Shown piece after piece: positions 26,331-41,737 of a stretch of 64,000 nucleotides of DNA. Source of the stretch: Felis catus. Its lineage: Eukaryota. Where the stretch lies: assembly GCF_018350175.1 (NCBI RefSeq), contig NC_058375.1:199764001-199828000 (forward strand). Direction: 5' to 3'. Under the pieces are notes generated by a model. It had not been told where the DNA came from. It saw only the letters and a list, made by a program, of their open reading frames with translations, and searched no databases. Both the position numbers and the translations under genes were made by a program. How positions within the stretch are numbered: position 1 is the first letter of the stretch; every line of letters starts with the position of its first letter.

Positions 26331-26803
26331 CTATGTCATCCACTGTAAGGTCAGCTAAGTGACTTTCAGAGTTCCGTAATAAACGCACGGTGGCCCAGAA
26401 TTTTCATTTGCAGAATTACCATGAAAACATGGATGAGTCAGATATGAATTTCCCTTGGACAAACATGTTCTTTGCTAATACAAACTGCCATACTGGAGTA
26501 AAGTCAAACTAAAGGAGACACTCTAAAATTTAATATGATGTCTCCAACAATGAAGGATGCTGCTCTTGGAAAAAATGAAAATTAGCCTGACCTCAAGATA
26601 CTACCTTGGGATCCCGATTTCACCAGCATTTTATATAAAAACAAAAACAAGAGTTAAAAGGATCTTAAAAAGTTAGGCCATCTCTCTCTTTGGTGTGCAT
26701 GATAAACAAACCCACAAAGATAGATCTAATCATGTAAGATGGTCACACCATCAAACAGAACTATGCATGTAAAAGTAGAAACACACTTATCCTAAAAATG
26801 CTA

Positions 26804-27166
<363 letters not shown>

Positions 27167-27387
27167 TCAGTCCATGGGGACAAGAATGGACAAGTCTTGT
27201 TTCCAGTTCTGGTATGTACAGAATCATCTCTTATTACCATTAATGACTCACGGGTGTATCTGTTGCAGAAACACAGAGATTGCCTTCTGGAGGTGGGGCA
27301 TGCATCTAGATACCATTACCTATTTTCAAGATGGCTGCTTCATTCACAAAGACTATATTCCAAGTAGGTGTTTGTCTTCTTATCACC

Positions 27388-27490
27388 TCATTCCTTCACT
27401 CATTAACGAATATATTGAACACCCTCTATGCTTGTCCCTATTGCAGGCACATGGAATGTATCCATTAACGAAATACACAAAATCCCTTTG
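27388..27490 (-). mobile_element. L2 3' end fragment
   Basis: cattccttcactcattaacgaatatattgaacacc... Confidence 0.5.
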
Positions 27491-27572
27491 TATATCTGGT
27501 GATACTTCTTTGTATATCTGGCTCAAAACTCTGCTGGCTGTCTATGTTGTTTCTTATTAAAAAAGAAAACCA

Positions 27573-27797
27573 GGGGCGCCTGGGTGGCTCAGTCGGTTGA
27601 GCCCCTGACTTCAGCTCAGGTCATGATCTCGCAGTCTGTGAGTTCAAGCCCCACGTCGGGCTCTGTGCTGACAGTTCGGAGCCTGGAGCCTATTTCAGAT
27701 TCTGTGTTTCCCTCTCTTTGCCCCTCCCCTACTCATGCTCTGTCTCTCTCTGCCAAAAACAAATAAACATAAAAAAAATTTAAAAAGAAAAGAAAAG
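27573..27797 (+). mobile_element. Can-SINE (Fc-type)
   Basis: ggggcgcctgggtggctcagtcgg head; TSD aaaagaaaac. Confidence 0.94.
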
Positions 27798-27892
27798 AAA
27801 AGAAAACTAATTCCACATGAGGAGAGTACTTTGGAAGAACTCTGTAAAACTAAGTAAATATTCTCATGTCACCTCAGAGCAGGGGTTGGTAC

Positions 27893-28057
27893 CTGTTCGA
27901 TAATCAATGGAAATTGGCTTGCTGCTTGCTGGGCTGTCTCCACGGCCAGTGACAGCATACACGGTGATGGTGTAGTCCGCTCCAGGTTTCAGGCCACTGA
28001 TGGTAGCTGTGGACTTGCTCCCAGGCACAGTGAACTCCTGGACAGGGCTATTTCCTC
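27893..28057 (-). CDS. FN1: FN1 exon 30 (FnIII-10b, GRGDS integrin site at 27933-27947)
   Basis: [55 protein letters not shown]; cag|GA...G|gtacca; 165 nt. Confidence 0.98.
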
Positions 28058-28434
28058 CTGTGTGAAAAGAGGTTAGTTCAAAATGTGAGGGGCTGAGAAG
28101 TAGTCGGGGATTGTTGAGTAACTATAATAACATATTGAGACAGCAGTTAGTCACACGTTTTCTTATTCCTCTTAAAAGAGTGCTATTAATAGGGCCTAAA
28201 CAGAAACATATTTATTTATGTTTGTAGTGAACCTTAATAAGTGTGTAAAAATTGGGAGAAAATCACAGTTAATGCTTAACTGTGGAATGCTTAACATTCC
28301 AGCTTTAAAATGTCTCTGAATTATGGGTTAAGATTAGAAGAAGAAAGAAAGTAAGTCCTCAACCCGGACTGCATAGACTGTGTTCCTTTTTCAAAATATT
28401 AATGCAGTATATTCATGTTAAATAAAATTTTGAA

Positions 28435-28630
28435 GGGGTGCCTGGATGGCTCAGTCGGTTAAGCATCCGACTCTTGATTTCAGCTCGGGGCATGATCTTA
28501 TGGTTCATGAGTTTGAGCCCCATATGGGGCTCTGTGCTGACAGTATGGATCCTGCTTGGGATTCTCTGCCTCCCTTTCTCAATGCCTCTCTCTCTCCCTT
28601 AAAAATAAATAAATATTAAAATTAATAAAT
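28435..28630 (+). mobile_element. Can-SINE
   Basis: 15-bp TSD aaataaaattttgaa. Confidence 0.94.
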
Positions 28631-28862
28631 AAATAAAATTTTGAAAATATAGGAAAGTAAAAAAAAATACAAATCACTTATCATTTTACCACCGATCATA
28701 TATTTGTGAATTTTGAATTCTTTCTTCCTCAGCCCTTCTATTCCCCCTTTAGTATTACACGATTTTTTTTCTTGATTTTGCCACCCATTATAGCATACGT
28801 ATTTTTCACATCCTCTTAGAAAAGACAAGGCTCCTCTGAATGGATTTGCCAAAGTTTCTTTA

Positions 28863-29090
<228 letters not shown>

Positions 29091-29282
29091 CTATAACTTT
29101 CAAGCAATGCCCAGATTCACTCTTCGCTCATTTTTCAGGTCAGCGCCTTTATAATTCTCTCATATAATAATGTAAATACTATGCAAGATTAGTAGAATTA
29201 AAAATTATGAACAATTCAAGGTAAGGGGTTAAAGAGGCAATTCAAATTGTGATGAAATCATTATTACAAATTTATCATAGTG

Positions 29283-29525
29283 CTTTTTTCCTCAACTTTT
29301 TATTTTGAAAAATTGTAAAACAACAGAGAAGTCACAAAAATAATATACTGAACACCTATATCCCCTTCTCACAGGCATTTGCTAATTGGTAACATCTGCC
29401 ACATTTGCTTGTCTCTCTGTCCTTCTGTTAGTCCACTTGAGACTGAGGTACAGATATAATCATGCTACTTCTCCCCCAGATACTTCAGTATCCATCTCCT
29501 AAAAATAATGACACTATTACATTAA
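29283..29525 (-). mobile_element. Old L1 (L1MC-like) 3' end
   Basis: ttttattttgaaaaatt...acagagaag...gaacacc...tgccacatttgctt...atacttcagt...ctcctaa. Confidence 0.7.
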
Positions 29526-29652
29526 AATAATTGTGTTTTTAAAGGAACTTTGAAACAGGGACTTTCTTAATATTTTAAATAAAACTTTAGGTATTGGAAA
29601 CATAAATATCTAAATTCGGTGAGAAATTTTCTGCAATAAAAAAATGATCTTC

Positions 29653-29866
29653 GGGGCACTTGGGTGGCTCATTCAGTTAAGCATCCAACTTCAGCTCAGG
29701 TCATGATCTCACGGTTTGTGGGTTCGAGCCCTGCATCAGGCTCTGTGCTGACAGCTCAGAGCCCGGAGCCTATTTCGGATTCTATGACTCCCTCTCTCTC
29801 TGCCCTTACCCAACTTGTGCTCATGCTCTCTATCTCTCTCAAAAAATAAAAACTAAGATGTTCATT
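29653..29866 (+). mobile_element. Can-SINE (Fc-type)
   Basis: TSD aaaaaatgatctt at 29639-29651 and 29867-29879. Confidence 0.94.
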
Positions 29867-29974
29867 AAAAAATGATCTTTGATACAGTCTAAGAAGGAGA
29901 TTTTCTCCACATACACTCTCACTTCTCTCTCCATGTCTCATAACCACAATCTATTTTTAAGAGACAATGACTCA

Positions 29975-30541
<567 letters not shown>

Positions 30542-31564
30542 TCAAGCTCTTTTTTCTTTTGCTAAATAATCCAAGTTATGTATGTGTGTTGTTATTCTAG
30601 GCTTCTGCATCACTCTTAAAGATGGGTGTTTAAGATATCCTGGGAATAATTTTCAAATGCTTCAGTGTTCAAGTATTCCATGTTTCTATCCTGTGTCTCT
30701 CAAAATAAGGCAAGTTATGCCCACTCTCAAGCTTTTGGCTCTCAAAGAAGTTTTCTATACTCAAAGGGAACTGATAGGTCAATGGGGTGATAATAATGCC
30801 AAACATAAAGCTCTCAAAAACTAAAACAAGACATCATCCTGGACAAATTACAATGCAGGTAAATCCTCATGAATTGAAAATTTAGTGTACCATGGAAAAA
30901 GTAATCAGAATTTAGAGTTTATCTCAAATTCAAGTCACTTAATCTCTCTGGGACTACCAGAAAATTTTGATTTTAGTACTAATAATTACTTATTCTATTC
31001 AATAACATATTCAAACCAAGTTGAGATGTCGCAACTTTTTTGGGGAAGCAAGTGGATTATAATACATAAGTTAATGGATACATCACATTGCAGTTTCTTA
31101 AAAGGAATAATTAATAGAAGCCCTCATATTTAAGGACTTTAATGTAATATTATGGGATTCAAATCAACTTCTTTACATTATGCATGCATATTTCATCAAG
31201 CAGATAAAAAAGATAAACTTGTTGGCTTAGCAAAGGAGGGAAAAGACTTCCATGACAAGGACAGTGTTGGGTCAGCCTTAGAGCTGCCTAATGAAAAGGA
31301 ATGTTCGCTATCTCTAAATAAATAGGGATTATATTATTCTTGGGCGATTTTTTACAAGGACAGATAGCAAAGTTCCTGGACTATTTTGAGTCCTCTCTGG
31401 AAGCAGAGAGTATAATCTTAGTGACTGGAAATCAGGATAATACTTGAAGAAGTATCATTTAATTTTTAAGACCGGTGATCAAAAAGGAATGACAAGGTTA
31501 TAGCACCACTACCATCACAAGAATGGAGATGTAGTTTTAGAAGCAGTATTCTACTTTACTATTA

Positions 31565-31723
<159 letters not shown>

Positions 31724-32047
31724 TTACTTTTAAATTGTGCTCAAAAACATGAAAAAGCAAAGCACCCTTAGGACTATTTCAACTGATAAAATACAAAAAG
31801 GTTCAGTCCTATAACTGACTTATACTGACATGACTATTGCTACCTGGAGATGGGCTGTAACAAGGTGATAAGGAAAAGTCACCTCACCCTGTGACATCTC
31901 TAAGCTCTGCCCTCAGTTCCACTTCTGAGAGTGATTCAGCCATCTGCAATAAGATGGTCGCTGCCATGTAATATTATCTCTGTCATCCACTTAATATGAT
32001 ATCTATTGAAGGCATATAGTAATAATGACCGTGGCACTGTGGATTAT

Positions 32048-32290
32048 CATTTACTCCTCACCAACAACCCCAGGAAGTAGTTTGCTACAATTGAAAGTGG
32101 ACTTACGGCCATACAATAAACTACAAATATTTAAAGTGTACAGTTTTGACAGGTTGTGGTGTATGTAGGAACTTGTGAAACCATCACCAAATTCATAACA
32201 ATGAAAGTACCCATTTCCCCCAAAAGTTTGGTTTATAACCATCCCCATTTTACACAGGAGAAAACTGAGGTGCAGAAAAGTCATCTTGTT
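32048..32290. mobile_element. MIR interrupted by an L1MB-like 3' fragment (~32082-32230)
   Basis: MIR halves (tcctcaccaacaacccc...gtag and cccattttacacaggagaaaactgagg) flank L1M text (tttaaagtgtacagtttt...gtgaaaccatcacc). Confidence 0.6.
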
Positions 32291-33807
32291 TGGTGTACTT
32301 ACCCTAGATCATATAGGATTTGACCCAGACCAAGACCAGTGGTCTTAATAATTAACCTTTACTGGAAAAGAGTCCTATTCCATGAGGAAAGTGGTTGGTT
32401 CCACCATATTGAAGGAAGAACAGACTACTTAAAAAATTACATACACATTCCTGAGTATCCTCTACTCTTAATTTTGAGGTCCCCAGAAAGGTACAGAGTA
32501 GGGTTTCTAACCTTTGAATTCCTACTCAGTAGACCTCATTCCCCCTCCATACCATCTCCTCTTCAGCCTTTGTACAGAGGCCCCTGCAAGATTTGGGAAA
32601 GCACCAGATGAAAGAGCTGGATACTTGGACTCTACTTCCCTTATTCCTGCTTGCCCAGGGGCAACAGACAGCCACTAGAGACCTCGGTTGCTTCATCTGT
32701 AAAATTGGGTAATAATGGCTTCTCTGGGGGGCAGGGGGTGGGGGATGGCTACCTTGCAATCTAGAGCAGGATCTAAAATAAGATCTTAGAATGTGTGATG
32801 AACATGTGACCAGTCAGTGGGGCAGACAGTGGTCCTGAAGCAGGAGCTGTGTAATGAGTGATGCTGTAACTACTGACTCCAGAGTAATCTATAACAGAAA
32901 CAACAGCCCTGTTGATAGGCGGAACTAAGGATGTTCTCACCCCCAGCCATGAAATGAGAAGCCAAGACTATAGTCATGTTGAGCTGCCTTTCATTCTCTA
33001 AAATGTGTCTGCAACATAGAGGATATTTTCAGACCGTCATTTGGTAATATACCTAAATGTGAGCTCTTTCTTTCCTTACGTAGAAACCTATGCTATTCTC
33101 ATGTGCTTATTTTACTATTATGGTGAAAATAAGAAGAAGCAACATTTACAGGAAAAACAGCACCATGTTGCAGCTTCCTTCTATTTTCTTTAATAAACAA
33201 TGTCTATTTCAAAAAGGTAGGATCCAGAAAGACACATAAATGGTTGCTGTTTATTTGAATGTTAGCTGTTTTCTGGGTCCTCAGCCTTCAGAGAAATCCT
33301 GCCAAAAGGTTCTTTCTGAAGTACCAATTACACTTCTGGCTCTTTCTTCAAAACAGCATCATCCCGATCTATCCTGGTAACATGTCACTGTTTCTGTGTT
33401 TTCAGAAGCTGGAGATTACCCACTGGCACTTTTTTTTTTTTTTTAATGAGAATAAAACAGATATGGTGACACTATTTTCAATCCTTATTGTTTCTCTCTC
33501 TGAACATCTAAATTTAGTCCTCTATTTTCTTTTGACATTCATTTATTTGTATGTGCTTATTTGGAAGCAGAATTTATTTGAAGTCTTCGAACTTCGCTGC
33601 TGGTGCTTTTCTACTGTGATCTTTAAAAAGTTGTGGATCTCAAAGATACATACATTAAAATAGTGACAAATGTGACATCTTTCAAAGTGTACAGAGTCAC
33701 ACATCACATTTGGGGTTTTGTTTGTAGTTTTGCTGTAGCTGTCTTGATCTTAGTTGCTCCTCTCTGAGAACCCGGAATTCTCTCCTCGTGCTCTAGCTTA
33801 GCATTTA

Positions 33808-34044
<237 letters not shown>

Positions 34045-34105
34045 TCAATGTCACTTTTAAAATGAAAGGTAACAAAAATTAGCTGGAAAGGTAAAACCAA
34101 TAGTT

Positions 34106-35097
34106 CATGCATTAAGGAAATGAGTCAGAATCATGCAAACATTCTAATCTAAATCTGATCTAAATCATAGTGAACTACTGTTAAAAATAAAACACTACAC
34201 ACAGTACTGTTAGGCCTCTTTAACCTTTCTGCCATCAGTACATTTCAAAGAATACTTTTCATCTACTTTCAAACATGTTGATTGTAAGTACATTATTAAC
34301 ACCAGTGACAGTTATTTAATCCCAGGCTGAAGAGGCTGAAGTTGCCACACAGCAAAGAGAAACACAGCGGTACTTTTCAAACACATGCACACAGACGAAA
34401 AGACAAGAGGTCCTACATTTCCCCTGATGTGAGATGACTACAGCTACCGGCATCGCTACGATCCCACTCCGTGAGTTCTACCTACGAGTGCAAAGGGTTC
34501 ATGCAGATTGGTTCTCAGCATGTTTCTTACCATGCAGGGCAGAGAACCTTCGGAATGTTGCATGCTTGGCCCCAGACTGGTTAAAGAGGAGTTTCTTTAC
34601 CTAGCCATGGCAATGCAATCCACAGTGCCCCAAAGTTTCTTTTTCTCCTATGTCAAGACAACTCCCTTTTAACCCACCCTAAATTTGACTGGGTTTTTAA
34701 GTCCACTGCAAAGAAGGAACATGGTAGGGTTTATCAAGGAGTCGAAAGAAGAGCATAACGGCACATTCTATAAGTACCTCTCTCATAAACTGGTGCTCAT
34801 TATCCGAGTTGGCATTCATGTGAGATACTTTGTAAAAACTCCAAGTCTGCAAATTCATTTAAGCTTTGCCATTTTGTGTTCAACAGATCAGATCTCGCTA
34901 GCTTTCTACCCATTTGTGGCTAAAATGAAAGTGTCTTTAAGACCACTTGCATTGCCTGCATCCAATCAGTGTAGCATATACATTCAATTCCTTCGCCCCG
35001 GGCCTCAATCCACCCTCTCTTTCTTAATCATTGGCAAATCGCTGGCTTTTCCCACGAAACATCCATATTTAACCAGAGTGACTGGTGGCAGCATGCA
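34106..35097 (-). promoter_or_regulatory. TGCATG (RBFOX) intronic splicing enhancer cluster downstream of EDB
   Basis: Six TGCATG on the sense strand (plus-strand CATGCA at 34106, 34132, 34384, 34500, 34531, 35092) and a GCATG at 34561; this matches the known EIIIB hexamer element. Confidence 0.85.
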
Positions 35098-35138
35098 ACA
35101 CCGTCCACGTCTCAAACACAGAAGTTTTCAAAATTCAC

Positions 35139-35411
35139 CCGTTTGCTGTGTCAGTGTAGTANNNNNNNNNNNNNNNNNNNNNNNNNNNNNNNNNNNNNNN
35201 NNNNNNNNNNNNNNNNNNNNNNNNNNNNNNNNNNNNNNNNNNNNNNNNNNNNNNNNNNNNNNNNNNNNNNNNNNNNNNNNNNNNNNNNNNNNNNNNNNNN
35301 NNNNNNNNNNNNNNNNNNNNNNNNNNNNNNNNNNNNNNNNNNNNNNNNNNNNNNNNNNNNNNNNNNNNNNNNNNNNNNNNNNNNNNNNNNNNNNNNNNNN
35401 NNNNNNNNNNN
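35139..35411 (-). CDS. FN1: FN1 exon 25, alternatively spliced EDB/EIIIB (mostly in N-gap; start inferred)
   Basis: Only the last 23 nt are visible (T ACT ACA CTG ACA CAG CAA ACG G|gtgaat = TTLTQQT, the EDB C-terminus); start assumes the canonical 273 nt. Confidence 0.85.
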
Positions 35412-35445
35412 NNNNNNNNNNNNNNNNNNNNNNNNNNNNNNNNNN
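35162..35445. other. N-gap, 284 nt (most of EDB and acceptor)
   Basis: Run of N. Confidence 0.99.
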
Positions 35446-36661
35446 AAATAGAGGCAAAAAAGAGGAAAAAATAAAGCAGTGTACATCAGGTTACCAGTGG
35501 TAATAATTGATGGAATGTTAAAGCAATGATGGTAATATGCAATCTTTTCCAAATTTTCTGAAAAGACATCCTAATCATCATGAATAGTTTGCTTTCCTGG
35601 GAGAATAAGACAGGTTACAATATTCTTTGGGATTTTCTTGCATTTTAGAAATGTCTCTAAATAGTAGAGTTTGAACGTCTCAGATTCCTAAAAATTATAG
35701 GCCTATTTAGGATGTCAAAACCATTCTTAGAACCTAGACATGATATCTGTAGTAAGTATCAACAATGCTGTTTTTTTTTTTAATCCAAACTGTTTTAGTA
35801 GGAAAATAGAGCTTGCATGAAGAAGCTTAAAAAAAAAAAAAAATCTGTGGGTTTTTCTTTCTTTTCCCATACAAAAACTCATGACAACATTATGGCCATA
35901 ATGCTGATGCAGTATCATTGTATGGTGTGAAATGTGCCATTCACAAGCACATTCAGGTGGAAGACAGACTTGAGTCCAATACTATTGCCAATATTTTGTT
36001 TAATTCATAATCAAAGTTATTTAATTAGCATTAGTAAAAGCATTCTACCAAACAGGGCAAAGGAGAACACCGCCTGTCCAATGCTTTCATTCGGTCACAA
36101 TCCAATTTGGGGCAAATAAAAAACCTATCTCTAGATAGGTCTTTTCAGTGTTGTCTTTCAATCCACCAGAAAGAACACCCGAAGGTATGGCCTTTCTTTT
36201 TTTCTTCAGTTTTATGAAGGAAGGATTTGAAACTGCAAGACGAAGAATTGGACGTGTCAACCAAGTGCTAAGCCAATGCTCACATGTGGAGATAGGTACG
36301 ATTGTACAGACAGCTGTTGAAAATGGATATGGACTGTAAAATCAGGGACAGATGTACCGATGGGATGCATTTACCATATTACTTTTAGCCTGTCAGTACA
36401 GAGGACAGACACGTGACACTGTTTTAGTAATATTTCCACGTGAGCTGACAGTACAGAGTGAAGGCCATGGTTGCCACTCCATTACATACCCATCGCAACA
36501 AACAGCATCCCAGTGAAGCACAGAAAGTAAAGCGGTGTTAACAGCAAGCATTTGTCCAAATAGTTGCTTTGACTTCATGGTTTGGGAGAGTATGGTTGGG
36601 AGGTCAGAATTAAATCCCAAATGTATCTGACACACTCAACCATCTGGGGATTAAGATATCA

Positions 36662-37165
<504 letters not shown>

Positions 37166-38091
37166 TACCCTGCTTTGCCTTAACAGATCATCTTCAGGAC
37201 AGGTGAGGAATCCTCCATTTTACCTGCTTAGTCTGGAATGGTTCTCAACCCTAAGCATATTCCCCAATATGGGCTCTCCTAATTTACAAGGTCTGAACCT
37301 ATGGGATTTACAGGAAGGGAATAAGGAAAGGAGACAAAGTGAAAAACAAAAGTGGCTATACTTATATTGTATACAAAAAATGCTCACTGTGGAAGATGTG
37401 AGGAATCATAGACACTGGGCAGTAAGAGTGTTGAGGGGGAAGAGAGAGACATTCAAATTAAAACAGTGATAATTAGAGATCCACAGGGACCAGACTAAAT
37501 GAGAAAATATGTTTAAGTTAAACTTACTAAAGGGTGAGGAACAGGCTGGACATGAAAATGGTGTCTAGACAAGAAAGTCCAACTGGATGGAAATAAAGGT
37601 TTAGGTCATTACATTTGCTAGTGACCATCCAGACAGGCAGCCTAGACCATCCACGAAGACTAAATGTTAATGATCTGGTTTCAAACAAGCATACGACTTG
37701 CCAGCTTAAAGTTTCAAACTGGAGGTCATTTCTGTCTTCCATCACCTTTAGAGTTTTGTGGTGCCTCTCATGACAAAACATTTGTAAAACTTCATTGAAT
37801 AGTATACTTAGAATCTCTAACAATAGACAAAAAGACATTTCTGCAGTATGATTTCAGCCTTTTTTTTTTTTTCTGGCAATTTTGAGCACCACTGAGCAAA
37901 AGGTACCATCCAGAATGGTTTCTGTCAGCCCTCATGATGCCCTACAGCTTGATAAGGGTCTGCCTTGTTCACTTTCCTGTTATCTAAAGACACATGCAGT
38001 GAAACACGCTACATGTCACTCTGTGATGTACGCTCACGTACTATATTTTTTATGGAAAGCTGGGTACTTATAATGTTGACCCTTTCTCTCA

Positions 38092-38262
<171 letters not shown>

Positions 38263-38318
38263 TTAAGTTACAAGTTAAAGCTAACACCAAGCACTTGACC
38301 TGTGGAATGTTTCTTGCT

Positions 38319-38438
38319 GCCCTTTCCTTCTCTCCCTCCCTTTTTTTCCCTTCCCTCCCCTCCCCTTCCCTTCCTTCTTTCCTCTTTCTTTTTTCTCTCT
38401 CCTCTGTCTCCCCCTCCCTCCTTCCATCCCTTCTTTTT
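38319..38438. repeat. Polypyrimidine/polypurine low-complexity tract (~120 nt)
   Basis: Almost only C/T on the plus strand, (ccctt/cctcc)-like. Confidence 0.9.
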
Positions 38439-38788
38439 AAGAATCAGTAAAAACATAATAGAAGCTATACTATGAAACCATGGTGGACAGCAATTCTCTG
38501 AGACCATTTTTTTTTACAATTAACAATTTTGAAATACTATTGACATTCTTTCTGTCTTCCAGTTCATAAATATTTTTGACATTAGAAAGAACAGTTCTGA
38601 TGTCATGGAATATATGACAAGAGTTGAACTTGCTGCTCCAAATTTAGAAATAGCTAATAAGATAAGGAGACATGGGATCTTCCTCTTACACCGTCATCAG
38701 AAGCAAAAAGTGATACTGATATCAGTTATTTTTACAAATTGGAACAGTTTTAAAAGCTAAAAGAAAAGAGGCAAAGGACTCCTCTTAC

Positions 38789-38957
38789 GTGTCACAACTT
38801 TCTTTACAATCGGTGTATCTCTCTCCTGCCCATCTCTCAGGACCGAGATGGTGTAAATGTATTCCACGCCTGGAGTCAGGCCAGACACAACGATGCTTCC
38901 TGACTCTGAAGTCACTTCTCGTGGTGCTTCCCCTCCCTGGCTTGGTCGTACACCCAG
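38789..38957 (-). CDS. FN1: FN1 exon 22 (FnIII-6b)
   Basis: [56 protein letters not shown]; tag|CTG...C|gtaaga; 169 nt. Confidence 0.98.
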
Positions 38958-39321
38958 CTAGAAGAAGGAAAGCAAAATAAACACCAAGGGCAAATATTTC
39001 CAGAGCTAGGTTACTGCCGAGAGGTTTTGGTCATGCTTTGTATAATGTGAGCTTCTATGCACACTGCATGCTGTGCTTTTATTAGGGAATGAGTTGGCGC
39101 CTGCCTTTCGCTCTATTAGATTCTTCAACTGGAAGCTCCCTGGACTGGGGGCGCAAGGTGGGAGAGGTATCTTCCCAAACTGCATTACATTGGCTTGTAA
39201 TGGAAGTCTCTGGAGAAATGTCATTACATAAGGTTTTGCTTGATAAATAATCTCCTGATATAAACCAGAAGTACACAGAGGCTTGGGGCAACATGGCAAC
39301 TCATTTCTATTTTCTTTTTTG

Positions 39322-39328
39322 TCTTTTT

Positions 39329-39395
<67 letters not shown>

Positions 39396-39562
39396 TGCAA
39401 GCGGGGAAGGGACAGAGAGAGAGGGAGACATAGAATCTGAAACAGGCTCCAGGCTCTGAGCTGTCGGCACAGAGCCTGACGTGTGGCTCGACCATACGGC
39501 CGGTGAGATCATGGCGTGAGCTGAAGTCAGATGTTTAACCGACTGAGCCACCCAGGTGCCCC
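39322..39562 (-). mobile_element. Can-SINE (Fc-type) with (ATTT)n and (GA)n expansions
   Basis: 16-bp TSD tctattttcttttttg. Confidence 0.95.
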
Positions 39563-40633
39563 TCTATTTTCTTTTTTGCTGGAAGAAATCCTCTAGCACT
39601 CTTTTTAATGAGTTATGAACATTCAATGTAAAGGTTAGTAGAGCCTTTAACATTTTGTACTTCAGAAACATTTCTTTTGAAGAAGTATGTTCATAGCTTA
39701 AACTGCAGGACAATATATTACAAAAGAAGAATTAAAATAAATGTGCCCATAATTTTCAATTTTTTAATATTTTATTTCAAAACCTAGGCAATACCGTATC
39801 ATCAAACAGTGTTCTACTCTAGAGACGTCCTTTGTAGGTTACAAGGCTTCTGAAAGTCAGAATGACACGATTAAGGAGAATTTGAAAGGTAATCTTCAAA
39901 AACCGTTTCTCTATATTTAAGTAGCATAATCATCAATATGGCTATTTGCATATTTCAAAAAAGAAGTGACCTTTGGTGTATTTTTTTAAACAAGCTGTCA
40001 TTGGGATTTAGTCTTGATTTCCAATTATAATAAATATTTCTCTCCCTATACTCTGAATGCCAAAGAAAGGAATTCTTTTAAACATATTCATTTGTATTCA
40101 TCACTTTCCTAATATCATTACTTTAAAGAACATGAATCCAGATATCTACAGGGAAGACCTTAATCTTAACTTCTATTAAGAAATTCACCCAAGGGGCTTT
40201 GAACAAGTTGAGATGAAATGATTGGATGAAAATGTGATTTTTAAGTGACTCTGACTTTAATTGGTCTCTCTAAATGGGTTTTTGTGAACTTGTTGACACC
40301 CATTTAGAACAACACAACAAATGGCGTTTCCTTATATATTTTAAAATGCAGTCCCCTGGGGGAAAGGATGGAGAAAATCAGATAACAACAACAGTTCCAT
40401 ACTAATGTTTTATCCTTTTGCGAAGCACTTCCACAGCCTCAGTCCATCCTTCCAGAAATCCAGTGAGGCCACAGTAATGTTATACCTGGACAATGCGGTC
40501 AGAGAGGCACAGACAGAAGCAGCGAATAAAACCCAGGTCTCCTGACTCCCAAACATCCTGTTTCTACCACATTCAGAAACATAAGGCCACTTCAGGGCTG
40601 TCTCACAAGAGGTTAGGGATATCTGCAATTTAC

Positions 40634-40728
40634 CTTAAAACCAATCCTTGGAGCAGGTGTCCATGTGATCACAATGGTGGTCTCAGTGACCTCTGTGTTG
40701 TATGGTGGAACAGAGCCGAGAGGCTGTC
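40634..40728 (-). CDS. FN1: FN1 exon 21 (FnIII-6a)
   Basis: [32 protein letters not shown]; cag|GA...AAG|gtaaat; 95 nt. Confidence 0.97.
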
Positions 40729-40800
40729 CTGTGAAATAGAATCAATGCATGTGTTCAATGTGCTGGAATCACAGACTATTGCACAGAATGCATGTAGCAA

Positions 40801-41004
40801 TTTTTTTGTTTTTGTTTTGTTTTTGTTTTTTCAGAGAAAGAGAGCGAGCGAGAGTGGGGAGAGGGGCAGAGAGAGAGAGAGAACCTCAAGCAGGCTCCAC
40901 ACCCAGCACAGACCCCAATGCAGGTTCAATCCCACAACCCTGGGATCGTGACCCAAACCGAATTCGAGTCATCTGCTCAACCGACTGAGCCACCCAAGCA
41001 CCCC
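40801..41004 (-). mobile_element. Can-SINE, diverged, ~70 nt upstream of the exon 21 acceptor
   Basis: Ends ccgactgagccacccaagcacccc; (GTTTT)n tail. Confidence 0.88.
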
Positions 41005-41093
41005 AGTAACAAGTACTATTATGGAGAACCTCTGTTTACTCAGCTAGTGGATCCTGAATGTAACACCCTCACTGGGTGAGAATTTGGAGTAGG

Positions 41094-41240
41094 TCAGCGC
41101 TTCTCAGTCTTTTCTGTGCCACACAAGTTGTCTGACACCTGGCTAAAATGCAGGTTCTGACTCAGTAGGACTAACATGGGGCTAGAAGTTTGCATTTCTG
41201 GAATGCTGATGCTGAGTCCATGCATCGTACTTGAGTGACA
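41094..41240. mobile_element. MER5A-like hAT-Charlie fragment
   Basis: gcaggttctgactcagtagg...tggggctagaagtttgcatttct...tgctgatgctg. Confidence 0.6.
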
Positions 41241-41737
41241 AAGAGCTAAGTGACAAAGAAGACACTTTCAAGTCCTTGCAGTCTATGATTTGTGTCTTTT
41301 CATCAAGTTTGGGATTTGAGTTTTAGGACAATTAATTTCCCTGGAGAATCCCATTTGAAATATGAAACTGACCACAAATTGATTATCATTCTGCTTTTTA
41401 AATCATTAATTTGAGAATAATAGTTAAATTACAGATGAGATCTGAAAATAGCTTTAAGTTGAATTATTCCATAATTATGGTCAATTATTTTTGGTTGCAA
41501 TAAGAAATGCCACATGAAAGTTAAACAAAATCTGCCACTATAGACACACTTAAAAATTCTAAAGGTTCCTTAAATATGTGATTACCCATTTAGGATAATC
41601 AGACTGAAAAAATTTAGTACTCTGCCACTGAAATTAAGAATGATAACAAAAGTTAATTTTGCATCTCCTAACATCCTAACCTCACTGTTATTTCTCTTAA
41701 TAAAAATATTACTGTAAAAAGAAAAAAACAGAAAAGA

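Noticed and set aside
28052-28060. NAGNAG-like acceptor CAG|GAG at exon 30
   Set aside because: Distal GAG acceptors are rarely used and would remove only one Gly; no evidence of use
34685-35503. 272-aa antisense ORF over EDB
   Set aside because: Length is inflated by 284 N; composition looks random
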